From NCBI GenBank assembly GCA_041397675.1, contig JAWKWG010000012.1, positions 2,970-66,969 of the forward strand: DNA of 64,000 nt. Direction: 5' to 3'. The notes beneath the pieces were generated by a model. The model was not told where the DNA came from, searched no databases, and worked only from the letters and a program-made list of their open reading frames with translations. Of the stretch, positions 1 to 8,645 are shown piece by piece. The first letter of the stretch is position 1, and each line of letters opens with the position of its first letter. The position numbers were made by a program, and so were the translations under genes. Source of the DNA: Hyphomicrobiales bacterium (GTDB taxonomy: Bacteria; Pseudomonadota; Alphaproteobacteria; Rhizobiales; Methyloligellaceae).

Positions 1-651
1 GCCGGCCTTGGCATGACCATCGCCCAGCAGCTCACCACCGTGCCGCTGATCCTCAAGGCCGAGGTCTACGAGGAGCAAAGCGGTGCGCCGGCCGAAACCC
101 ACGAACATGAGGCGGGAACGTCCGCGCACGACCACGGCGATGGCTGGTCGCCCGCAGACGGGGCCGAGCGGACCTTCTTCACCTTCGCCGCCAATATGCT
201 GACCGGCATCGGCTTCGCGCTGTTGTTGGTCGCCGTGAGCGAGCTGTTCGGCGGCATCGCCAATTGGCGCCAAGGCGTGTTCTGGGGCTTGGCCGGTTTT
301 GCCGTGTTCACGCTCGCGCCGGGCTTAGGGCTACCACCCGAGCTGCCTGCCATGCCCGCTGCGGAACTCGGCGCGCGCCAACTCTGGTGGCTCGGCACGG
401 TGGTAGCAACCGCAACGGCGCTTGGGCTTCTCGTGTATAGCCGTTCGCTTCCGGCCGTTGTCGCGGCGATCGTTCTGCTGGTTGCGCCGCATCTGATCGG
501 CGCGCCGCAACCGGTGAGCTACGAAAGCCCGATCCCCGAAGGTCTGCACCACAGCTTCGTCGTCGCGGTGGTGATGACCGCCCTGGTGTTCTGGGTGCTG
601 CTCGGCGGCTTGGCCGGCTTCTTCCGGGGACGCCTGATCCACGTGGCTTGA
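1..651 (+). CDS. cbtA: CbtA-family cobalt transporter subunit (probably starts before the window)
   Basis: PLILKAEVYE, His-rich loop, WSPADGAERT, LGLPPELP and RQLWW motifs; multiple TM segments; directly upstream of cob genes. Confidence 0.88.
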   Translation, partial: AGLGMTIAQQLTTVPLILKAEVYEEQSGAPAETHEHEAGTSAHDHGDGWSPADGAERTFFTFAANMLTGIGFALLLVAVSELFGGIANWRQGVFWGLAGFAVFTLAPGLGLPPELPAMPAAELGARQLWWLGTVVATATALGLLVYSRSLPAVVAAIVLLVAPHLIGAPQPVSYESPIPEGLHHSFVVAVVMTALVFWVLLGGLAGFFRGRLIHVA

Positions 652-654
652 GCC

Positions 655-1188
655 ATGGGTTCGCCCGATGCAGCCGGGGGCGTCACGCTCGTCCTCGGCG
701 GCGCCCGCTCCGGCAAGAGCCGTTACGCCGAAGGCCTGATCGCTGCGCGTCCGAGGCCGTGGGTCTACATCGCCACGGCGCAAGCGCACGACGACGAGAT
801 GGCGGCACGTATCGAAACTCACAAGGCACGTCGCGCGGCAGGCTGGCAGACAATCGAGGCCCCGCATGAACTGCCCGAGGCGCTCGATGCGGCGCCTGAG
901 ACCGCGGCAGTGCTGGTCGACTGCCTGACGCTGTGGCTCTCGAATGTGATGCACGCGAGCTTCGACATCGACAAGATGACGCTTCGCCTCGAAGAGGCGC
1001 TGCGCAGCCGCGAGGCCGCCACGGTGCTCGTCTCCAATGAAGTGGGGCTCGGCATCGTGCCCGACAATGCGCTCGGCCGCGCCTTTCGTGATGCGCAAGG
1101 GCTGCTCAATCAGCGCATCGCCAGCGTCGCCGACACCGTCGTGCTGATGGTCGCCGGCCTGCCCCTGACCGTGAAAGGAACGTCATGA
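655..1188 (+). CDS. cobU: Bifunctional adenosylcobinamide kinase / adenosylcobinamide-phosphate guanylyltransferase (CobU/CobP)
   Basis: LVLGGARSGKS P-loop, YIATA, VDCLTLWLSN, VSNEVGLGIVP, FRDAQGLLNQ. Confidence 0.95.
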   Translation: MGSPDAAGGVTLVLGGARSGKSRYAEGLIAARPRPWVYIATAQAHDDEMAARIETHKARRAAGWQTIEAPHELPEALDAAPETAAVLVDCLTLWLSNVMHASFDIDKMTLRLEEALRSREAATVLVSNEVGLGIVPDNALGRAFRDAQGLLNQRIASVADTVVLMVAGLPLTVKGTS

Positions 1189-1798
1189 CCAAGCAAGTCA
1201 ACAACGAGGCCGCGGAACGCCATCGCGCCAAGATGGCCAAGCGCAAAGAGGTGCAGGACGAGGAGGTCGCGGGCAAAACGCTCGAGAAAGGTCTCCTCAT
1301 CGTTCACACCGGAACAGGCAAGGGAAAGTCGACCGCCGCGTTCGGCCTTGCGCTCAGGATGCTGGGCCGCGGCAAGCGGATCGGCGTCGTGCAGTTCGTC
1401 AAGGGCGCGTGGCACACCGCCGAACGCGACGCGCTGGCGAATCTCTGGCGCGATCAGGTCGCGTGGCACTCCATGGGCGAGGGTTCACCTGGGAGACGGG
1501 GTGACCTCGCCCGCGACGTCGCCGCCGCCGAGCGCGCCTGGGCCAAGGCGCGAGCGAGCGGACGATCCGAGCTTCGCGCTGGTTATTCCCGACGAGCTCA
1601 ATATTGCGCCCGCTACGACTATCTGCCGCTCGATGAGGTGATCGCGACGCTGAAGAACCGCCGCTCCGATCTGCACGGTCGTCACCGACGGAACGCCAAG
1701 CCTGACTTGATCGAGGCCGCCGACCTCGTCACCGATATGACCTTGGTCAAGCATCACTCGCCGCCGGCGTGAAGGCGCAACCGGGCATCGAGTTCTGA
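1185..1798 (+). CDS. cobO: Cob(I)alamin adenosyltransferase CobO, frameshifted in the sequence as given
   Basis: [28 protein letters not shown]; the C-terminus VKAQPGIEF* is in another frame ending at 1798. Confidence 0.9.
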
Positions 1799-1799
1799 G

Positions 1800-3247
1800 G
1801 TGACCGCCCGCGCGCTCATGTTCCAAGGCACGGCCTGGACGGTCGGCAAGTCGCTGATCGTGGCAGGCCTCGCCCGTGCGCTCCATGCACGCGGCCTCAA
1901 AGTTCTGCCGTTCAAGCCGCAGAATATGTCTAATAACGCGGCCGTCACCATCGACGGCGGCGAGATCGGCCGCGCCCAGGCACTCCAGGCGCGCGCCGCG
2001 CGCGTGAACCCAAGCGTGCATATGAACCCGGTTCTGCTGAAGCCGCAAAGCGAGGTCGGCGCGCAGGTCAAGCGCAGGGCCGCGTCTACACGGCCAAGGC
2101 CGCCGACTACCAGCGCCTGAAACCCGAGCTGATGGCATTCGTGCGGGACAGCTTCGCCCGCCTCAAAGACGAGGCGGACATCGTGCTGGTCGAGGGCGCC
2201 GGCAGCGCATCGGAAGTGAACCTGCGTGCGCACGACATCGCCAACATGGGCTTCGCCCGTGCCTGCGACGTGCCGGTCGTGCTGATCGGCGACATCGATC
2301 GCGGGGGCGTGATCGCGAGTTCGGTCGGGACGAAAGCGGTCGTCGATCCAGAGGATGCCGCGTTGATCGTCGGGTTCCTCGTCAACAAGTTCCGCGGCGA
2401 TCCCGCGCTGTTTACCGATGGCATGGCGCAAATTGCCGAGGCGACCGGGTGGCAGCCGCTCGGCCTCATTCCGTATTTCGCCGAGGCGCGTACCCTCCCC
2501 GCCGAAGATGCGCTCGCGCTCGACGGCGCACGCTGTCCGCCAAAGATGAAACACGCATCAAGATCGCCGTGCCGGTCCTGCCGCACATTGCCAATTTCGA
2601 CGATCTCGATCCGCTGGACGCCGAACCCGCCGTTGACCTCGTGCGCGTGCGCCCAGGCCAGGCGCTGCCCGGCGACGCCGATCTGATCGTCTTGCCGGGC
2701 TCGAAGGCGACCATCTCCGATCTCAGGCGCGCTGCGCGACGCCGGCTTCGACATCGACATTGCCGCCCATATCTGGCGTGGCGGCGCGGTGCTTGACTAT
2801 GCGGCGCCGTCAGATGCTCGGCCGCGCCATTCGCCAGATCCGCAAGGCATCGAAGGGCCTGCAGGCACGATGCCAGATTCTGGCCTGCTCGATGAGACAA
2901 CGCTTGTGCCCGAGAATGTCGAGTTCCATAATGGCAAAAGACCTTCGATGGTGCGCCGTTCTCAGGCTACGAGATGCATATGGGTGAAACCGAGGGAGCC
3001 GATCGCGCGGCCCTTTGCCCATCTCGCAGACGGCGCGCCCGAAGGCGCCATGTCGCCGGATGGCCGCGTGATCGGCACCATGTGCACGGCCTTCTGCCGA
3101 CGACCGCCAGCGCCGCTTGGCTCGCGCGCTCGCCGCGGGCCCGGCGCAGGTCGCATACGAAAACGCGATCGACGCGATCCTCGATCGTCTCGCCGCCCAT
3201 TTGGAAGGCATGTCGATGTCGATGGACTGCTCACACGATCGCGGTGA
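1800..3247 (+). CDS. cobQ: Cobyric acid synthase CobQ, multiple frameshifts
   Basis: [65 protein letters not shown] spread over consecutive frames. Confidence 0.92.
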
Positions 3248-4202
3248 GCGCCGCGAGAACGAAGACGACGGCGCGATCGCGCATCGGCGCGCCCAGAGGT
3301 TGAGCGCGGCCTTTGATGTCGGCCGCTTTGGCCTTGCGGCGCTGCCCGTCGCCGAGCCACGCGCCGTCGGTCTTCTTGCCGTCGTAGCTGCGCGGACCGC
3401 CGAGCGAGAGCCCGAGCGCGCCGGCCATGGCCGCCTCGGGATAGCCGGCATTAGGCGAGGCATGCTTGCCGGCGTCACCCACCATCACGCGCCATGCATC
3501 GCCAGCAGAGGCGCCAGAGGTAAGGCCTGCCGCGGCGACGATCAGCAAGCCGGAAAGCCCGCGAGCCCGGCAGATTGACGATGTCGTCGAGTTGCGCCGC
3601 AGGCTTGCCGAAGCTCTCGTGGCGCGGTGCGTGCGGTGGCCGAGCATGCTGTCGGCCGTGTTGACGGCCTTGTACACGGCGCCGCCCGTCAGTCCCAGCA
3701 AGCCGATCCAGAACACCGGCGACACCACGCCGTCGGAAAAATTCTCCGACAAGCTCGATCGCGGCGCGCGCCACACCGGCCTCGTCGAGATTGGTCGTGT
3801 CGCGGCCGACGATCTGGCGACCGCCTCGCGGGCCTTTGTCGAGATTTCCCGCTTCAAGCGCGTCGGCGACGTTGGCCACGTGCATGTAGAGGCTGCGCTG
3901 GGCGATCAAGGTGCTGCACAACACGCCGACGGCAAGAATGCCGAACGGCAGCAGCAGAAGAGCCGTCTCGAGCGCGAACGCGATGGCGCCGACCACTACG
4001 AGCAGCACGAACAGCGCGATGGCGCTCATTTTTCGCCGCATCTCGGCATCCGCGTCATCGCGGTTGAGGCGCGCGTCGAGGAAGGAAATGAGCCGGCCCA
4101 TCCAGGTCACGGAGCTGTCAGATTGCCCGGCGTGATTCCTTCAGGTAGCCGACGACGAGCTCGATCAGTCAGCAAAGCGAGTAGCGCCAGCGGTGCGGCC
4201 AT
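3231..4202 (-). CDS. cobD: Adenosylcobinamide-phosphate synthase CobD/CbiB, frameshifted
   Basis: IVGRDT, ENFSDGVVSP, YKAVNTADSMLGH, HASPNAGYPEAAMAGALG; ATG at 4202 preceded by GGAGG gives MAAPLALLALL. Confidence 0.9.
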
Positions 4203-5208
4203 GATCCTCCTGCACCTCCTCGCGCCGCTCACCCATGGCGGCGATCTCGACGCGGCTCGAGCGATGTTCCCCGACGCCCCCGAACCTTTCCTCGACCTGT
4301 CGACGGGGATCAATCCCCATCCCTACCCTATCCCCGACGTTTGGCCCGAAGATTTTGCGCGCCTGCCGGATGCGGAGAGCCTTTCTCAGCTCACAGGGTA
4401 CGCCGCGACGGTCTATGCGGCGCCGTCCGAGTCCAATGTGGTCCCGGCGCCGGGAAGCCAAATCTTGATGACGTTGATCGCGCGCGGGGTGTCGCCAGGC
4501 CGCGCGATGATCCTGGGTCCGACCTATGCCGAGCACGCGCGGGTGGCGGCGCTTGCCGGGCACGCGGTGACGACCGTCTCTGAGCTTGCGCCGCTTGGCG
4601 AAGCCGATCTCGCCATCGTGGTCAATCCGAACAATCCCGACGGGCGTGTTGGCAGCCAAGAACTGCTTCGTGTCGCGGAGCAGCAGCGTGAGCGTGACGG
4701 CCTCTTGGTTGTCGACGAGGCCTTTATGGATGCAGGTCCACACAACGAAAGTCTGGCTCTTCATGTGGAGAAGGCGAATGTCATTGTGCTGCGTTCCTTC
4801 GGCAAGTTCTTCGGCCTCGCGGGGATCAGGCTCAGCTTCGCCTTGGCATCGAGCGAGATGGCATCGCGCCTTCGCGCGAGCCTTGGTCCGTGGCCGGTCT
4901 CGGGTCCGGCGCTCGCGATCGGCAAGGCGGCCTTGTGGGATTGGGATTGGATCGCGGAGACGCGACTGTCTCTGGCGCATGCGGCGGTCCGCCTCAAGAA
5001 GCTGCTTCAGGACGCGGGGCTCGAAAGCGTCGGCTACACGGAACTCTTCCACCTGATCCGCGACGCCGAGGCTCAACAGCTTTTCGAACGCCTCGGCCGC
5101 GCCGGCATCTTTGTGCGGCGCTTCGACGATGAGCCGGAATGGCTGCGCTTCGGTCTACCGGGCAAGGAAGAGGATTGGCGGCGCCTTGAATGCGCGCTCG
5201 GTCTCTAA
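4201..5208 (+). CDS. cobC: L-threonine-O-3-phosphate decarboxylase (PLP class I/II; CobC in alphaproteobacterial naming)
   Basis: HGGDL, DLSTGINP, VNPNNPDG, VVDEAF, LRSFGKFFGLAGIRL. Confidence 0.92.
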   Translation: MILLHLLAPLTHGGDLDAARAMFPDAPEPFLDLSTGINPHPYPIPDVWPEDFARLPDAESLSQLTGYAATVYAAPSESNVVPAPGSQILMTLIARGVSPGRAMILGPTYAEHARVAALAGHAVTTVSELAPLGEADLAIVVNPNNPDGRVGSQELLRVAEQQRERDGLLVVDEAFMDAGPHNESLALHVEKANVIVLRSFGKFFGLAGIRLSFALASSEMASRLRASLGPWPVSGPALAIGKAALWDWDWIAETRLSLAHAAVRLKKLLQDAGLESVGYTELFHLIRDAEAQQLFERLGRAGIFVRRFDDEPEWLRFGLPGKEEDWRRLECALGL

Positions 5209-5229
5209 AGGATTGATCGTAAGACGCTG

Positions 5230-5451
5230 CTAGTGGGCCCAGCGGCGATTGTAGTGCTCGGCGAGCTCGAGGTTGCCCTGAGCCTCTTCCGGCAACAGCC
5301 GCGCGATCACGCCCATGGCAAGCTCGACGGAGATCTCACTCGCCCCGCACTCCTTGAGTTGCTCGCGGAGCCAGCCATAGACCTCCTCGTCGCCGGCTTT
5401 TAGTCCGACAGCGATCTCTTCCAACATTTGCACCAACGATTCTGCTGCCAT
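5230..5451 (-). CDS. Small acidic helical hypothetical protein (73 aa)
   Basis: ORF with GGAGGGG RBS just upstream; fills an intergenic gap; no recognised motif. Confidence 0.6.
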   Translation of the reverse strand: MAAESLVQMLEEIAVGLKAGDEEVYGWLREQLKECGASEISVELAMGVIARLLPEEAQGNLELAEHYNRRWAH

Positions 5452-5600
5452 CGTGCCCCTCCAATCAAATCAAGCCGTAAGGCTTCTGGCTGCGGTCACG
5501 TTCTTATCGCGGTCTCCTGGTGCGAATCCCCAAGCGCAATCATACTGCGACTTTCGCAGATGCGAAGTTGCCGACGGGCCACAGTGCGCTGTTTTCTCCC

Positions 5601-6383
5601 CTAGTCCCCTGAGAACCCCAGAAATGGGGCCGGCTTGACTGAGGCGGTGGACACTGGGTCGCCCTCGGTTGCGGCAAAAAGACCCTCGCGCAGCACCGGG
5701 CGGCAGTAATGGCGCCCTTTTGAAACATTGGTGGCGAGCAGATCCACGTGGATGTGGTTGTAGTGGAAGCGATCGCTACCCGGGCCGAGCACGGTATAGA
5801 ACTCGTTGCAGGCGCCAATGAACACCTCGCGCAGGAAGGCCTTTTCGCGGGCATCGCCGCGCGACCAGCCTTTGACCACGGTGATCTCGCGCCCGTCCGC
5901 CAGACGGAACGCGGCAATGTCGAGCGCATTGCCGAACGCGTGCTCTGAGAGCGGTCCGCGGTGGCGGCCGTTGCGGCCGCGACAGCTATAAGCGGAAATC
6001 TGTTTGATCCCGACCACCGGCTTGCCGAACTGTCGGTAGGCCGCCTTCTGCACGGAGTTGTTCAGCCAGCGGTCGAGGCTCGCCGTCATCGGGCAGCCCA
6101 ACGTCGCAGTGGGAGCAACCGTTACCCGGCCGCCGAGTGCGCCGGATACTTTCAGCGGCGTCTGCAGCCCGCAGGCGCTTGGTCCGTTGATCGAGGAGAT
6201 CGATGAGACGTAAGGGGACGCGCGCACCCGGCCGTCGGCGAGACATTGCGCCTCGACCCGGTCGCGCCATGCCGCACGTTCCTCATAAGGAACGCCGCCG
6301 CTGGCGCAGCCCTCCAGAAGGGATACGGCCGCAACGACTGCGGCCAGGTACGCAATACGTGCCCCCACCATGGCCGGTACCAT
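5601..6383 (-). CDS. Extensin-like C-terminal domain lipoprotein
   Basis: Lipobox LEGC; SAYSCR, SEHAFGNALDI, FYTVLGPGSD and HYNHIHVDL motifs. Confidence 0.85.
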   Translation of the reverse strand: MVPAMVGARIAYLAAVVAAVSLLEGCASGGVPYEERAAWRDRVEAQCLADGRVRASPYVSSISSINGPSACGLQTPLKVSGALGGRVTVAPTATLGCPMTASLDRWLNNSVQKAAYRQFGKPVVGIKQISAYSCRGRNGRHRGPLSEHAFGNALDIAAFRLADGREITVVKGWSRGDAREKAFLREVFIGACNEFYTVLGPGSDRFHYNHIHVDLLATNVSKGRHYCRPVLREGLFAATEGDPVSTASVKPAPFLGFSGD

Positions 6384-6448
6384 GGCGCCAAGGGTCTGAA
6401 GAATCCTTCAATGTCGGCCCCGCGGGCTCGGCACAAAAAGCGAACGGA

Positions 6449-7087
6449 TCAGACCAGGAGCAGCCATAGGCCCATGCCGATCAGCGCGATCGTCCAAGCG
6501 ACGTCGAGATTGAAGGGACGGCGCTTGAGGAGGTCGAGCGAGGCCCACTGATAAACGCCGAGCGCCACAGCGCCGGTGACGATCAGCATCGCCAAGCTAT
6601 GCACCAGCACCGCCAATGCAGCGACGGCGAAGGATCCTGACACCGGCATGTGCCCGGCGTGGCCCGCATGGTTTGCGTGCTCGAGGGGCATCAAGACCGG
6701 GATCAGCATCATGCCGGCGCCATGCGCGGTCGCCATCAAGAACGACCACACCCCGAGAGCGACGAACCCCGTCGCAACACCGATATGGAAACGATGCTGA
6801 TGTCCATAAAGCCAATGGTAAACGCCCCACGCGATCAGCAGTGCGCCTGAGATCATACGGAATGCCTCGGCATCGATGGCCATGCCGAGCCCGATCACCG
6901 CGAACACCACGACGCCACCGCTGCTGCGTGGCCGAGCGCAATGGGGATCAGCGCCCAGAGTACGGCGCGCGCCGGCTCTTGCGGTAGAGCCCGAGCGTCG
7001 CCGCGAAGAACCAGCCCATGGCCGGGTTGAGGCCGTGGAAAGCGCCGAGCGCGATCAAGATGTGAGCCAAGGCGTGAGGTCGGACAT
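6449..7087 (-). CDS. His-rich integral membrane protein (GAFHGLNPAMGW family), frameshifted
   Basis: MSDLTPWL..LGAFHGLNPAMGWFFA..GH..ATAHGAGMML..HANHAGHAGH..VHSLAML reconstructed across frames. Confidence 0.75.
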
Positions 7088-7228
7088 GGGGGGTGCAGCG
7101 GGGGAGCAGGCGGAACGGCCGCCGTGAATGGGACGAGTGATGAAAAAGACTGATCAAACGCAAGAGCTGGTCGTCTGGAATGGGGCGCCGGACGACTCCT
7201 TCACGTAATTCATGGTAATAATTGCCGC

Positions 7229-8277
7229 ATGGTACTCGACAAGGACAGTGAAGCCCAAAGGCATGAGCGGCGCCAGCAGGGCGAAGCCGCGCTACTCGAG
7301 GGCGACGTCAATTTTCAGCTGATGGCGAACTCCATTCCCCAGCTCGCCTGATGGCGCATGGAGACGGCTGGATCTTTTGGTACAACCAGCGTTGGTACGA
7401 CTACACCGGCACGACCCGCCGAGATGGGTGCGGGGCTGGCGCAAGGTGCACCATCCTGACCATGTCGATCGCGTTGTGGCGCGGGTGCAGCATTCATGTG
7501 TGGAAACCGAAGAGCCCTGGGAAGACACTTCTTCCGCCGAGAAGCCACAAGGGTGAATGGCGCTGGTTCCTGTCCCGCGCTCTTCCTGTCCGCGATGGCA
7601 AGGGCGAGGTTGCTCAGCTGGTTCGGCACCAACACCGACATCACCGAGATGCGTTGGAAGCCGAGCAGCGTCAAAAGTTGCTGCTCGACGAATTGAATCA
7701 TCGCGTCAAGAACACGCCGTGGCTGCAGTCGCTCGCGCACCAATCAGCGCGGAGCGTCCGACCCAGAAACCTTCATGGAGAAGTTCGAAGCGCGGCTCAT
7801 TTCTTTGTCTCGTGCACACTCGCTTCTCGCCCGCGACGTTTGGCAAGGCGCGGACTTGACCGATGTGGTCTCGCAAGCACTCGCCCCATACCTGCAAGGC
7901 GAGGAGTCACGGGTAACGATCGAAGGACCACTTCCTTGATCTGCTTGGGCCCCACCGCCGCCGTGTCCCTCGGCATGGCGATGCACGAACTTGGCACCAA
8001 CGCGGCAAAATCCGGCGCACTTTCAGTACCTGAAGGCCGCGTCGAGGTGCGTTGGGACCTCGACTTGGAGGGAGGAAACCAACCGGCCCTCGAATTCGTT
8101 TGGCAAGAGAAGAATGGTCCCGAGATCACGGAGACCGGACGCCGCGGCTTCGGTTCCCGCCTCATCGAGGAGGCGGTTGCCAGAGAGTTGAGCGGTGACG
8201 TCGAACACAAGCTGGAGCGAACCGGCGCCCTATGTCGCATGCGCCTGCCCTTATCGCGCAAAGTCATGATTGCCTAA
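7229..8277 (+). CDS. PAS-domain HWE histidine kinase, frameshifted
   Basis: MANSIPQL..WYNQRWYDYTG..VHHPD..WFGTNTDITE (PAS/PAC); ELNHRVKN; HELGTNAAKSGALS; WQEKNGP; GFGS. Confidence 0.88.
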
Positions 8278-8636
8278 TGACGGATGAGTCCCCACCTCGC
8301 GTCCTACTCGTCGAGGACGAAGCCCTCATCGCCATGATGATCGAGGATCAGCTCACGCAACTCGGCTTCGAGGTGGTTGGACCTGCGGCAACCGCGAGTC
8401 AGGCGATCGCGTTGTGTGAAGATTGCGACATTGACGGCGCGGTACTCGATATCAATCTCGGCGCAGGACAGCGGTCGGATCCCATCGCCGAGCATCTTTA
8501 CGAGCACGGCATCCCGTTCGTGTTCGTCACGGGCTACGGTCAAGCAGGCGTTGACGAACGCTTCGCCGACGCAAGCGTATTGCAGAAGCCGTTCACGCTT
8601 CCGCAGTTGCGCCAGCTTCTCGCCGAGATGTTCTAG
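8277..8636 (+). CDS. Single-domain response regulator, FATGUY type
   Basis: VLLVEDE, VLDINL, PFVFVTGY, LQKPF; ATG overlaps the kinase stop (TAATG). Confidence 0.9.
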   Translation: MTDESPPRVLLVEDEALIAMMIEDQLTQLGFEVVGPAATASQAIALCEDCDIDGAVLDINLGAGQRSDPIAEHLYEHGIPFVFVTGYGQAGVDERFADASVLQKPFTLPQLRQLLAEMF

Positions 8637-8645
8637 GGGTCGCGA

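Noticed and set aside
1-12. Cobalamin riboswitch expected upstream of cbtA
   Set aside because: It would lie outside the window and cannot be seen
3466-4200. 245-aa N-terminal extension of the CobC ORF (580 aa in the track)
   Set aside because: It is the antisense frame of cobD; CobC homology starts only at about 4201
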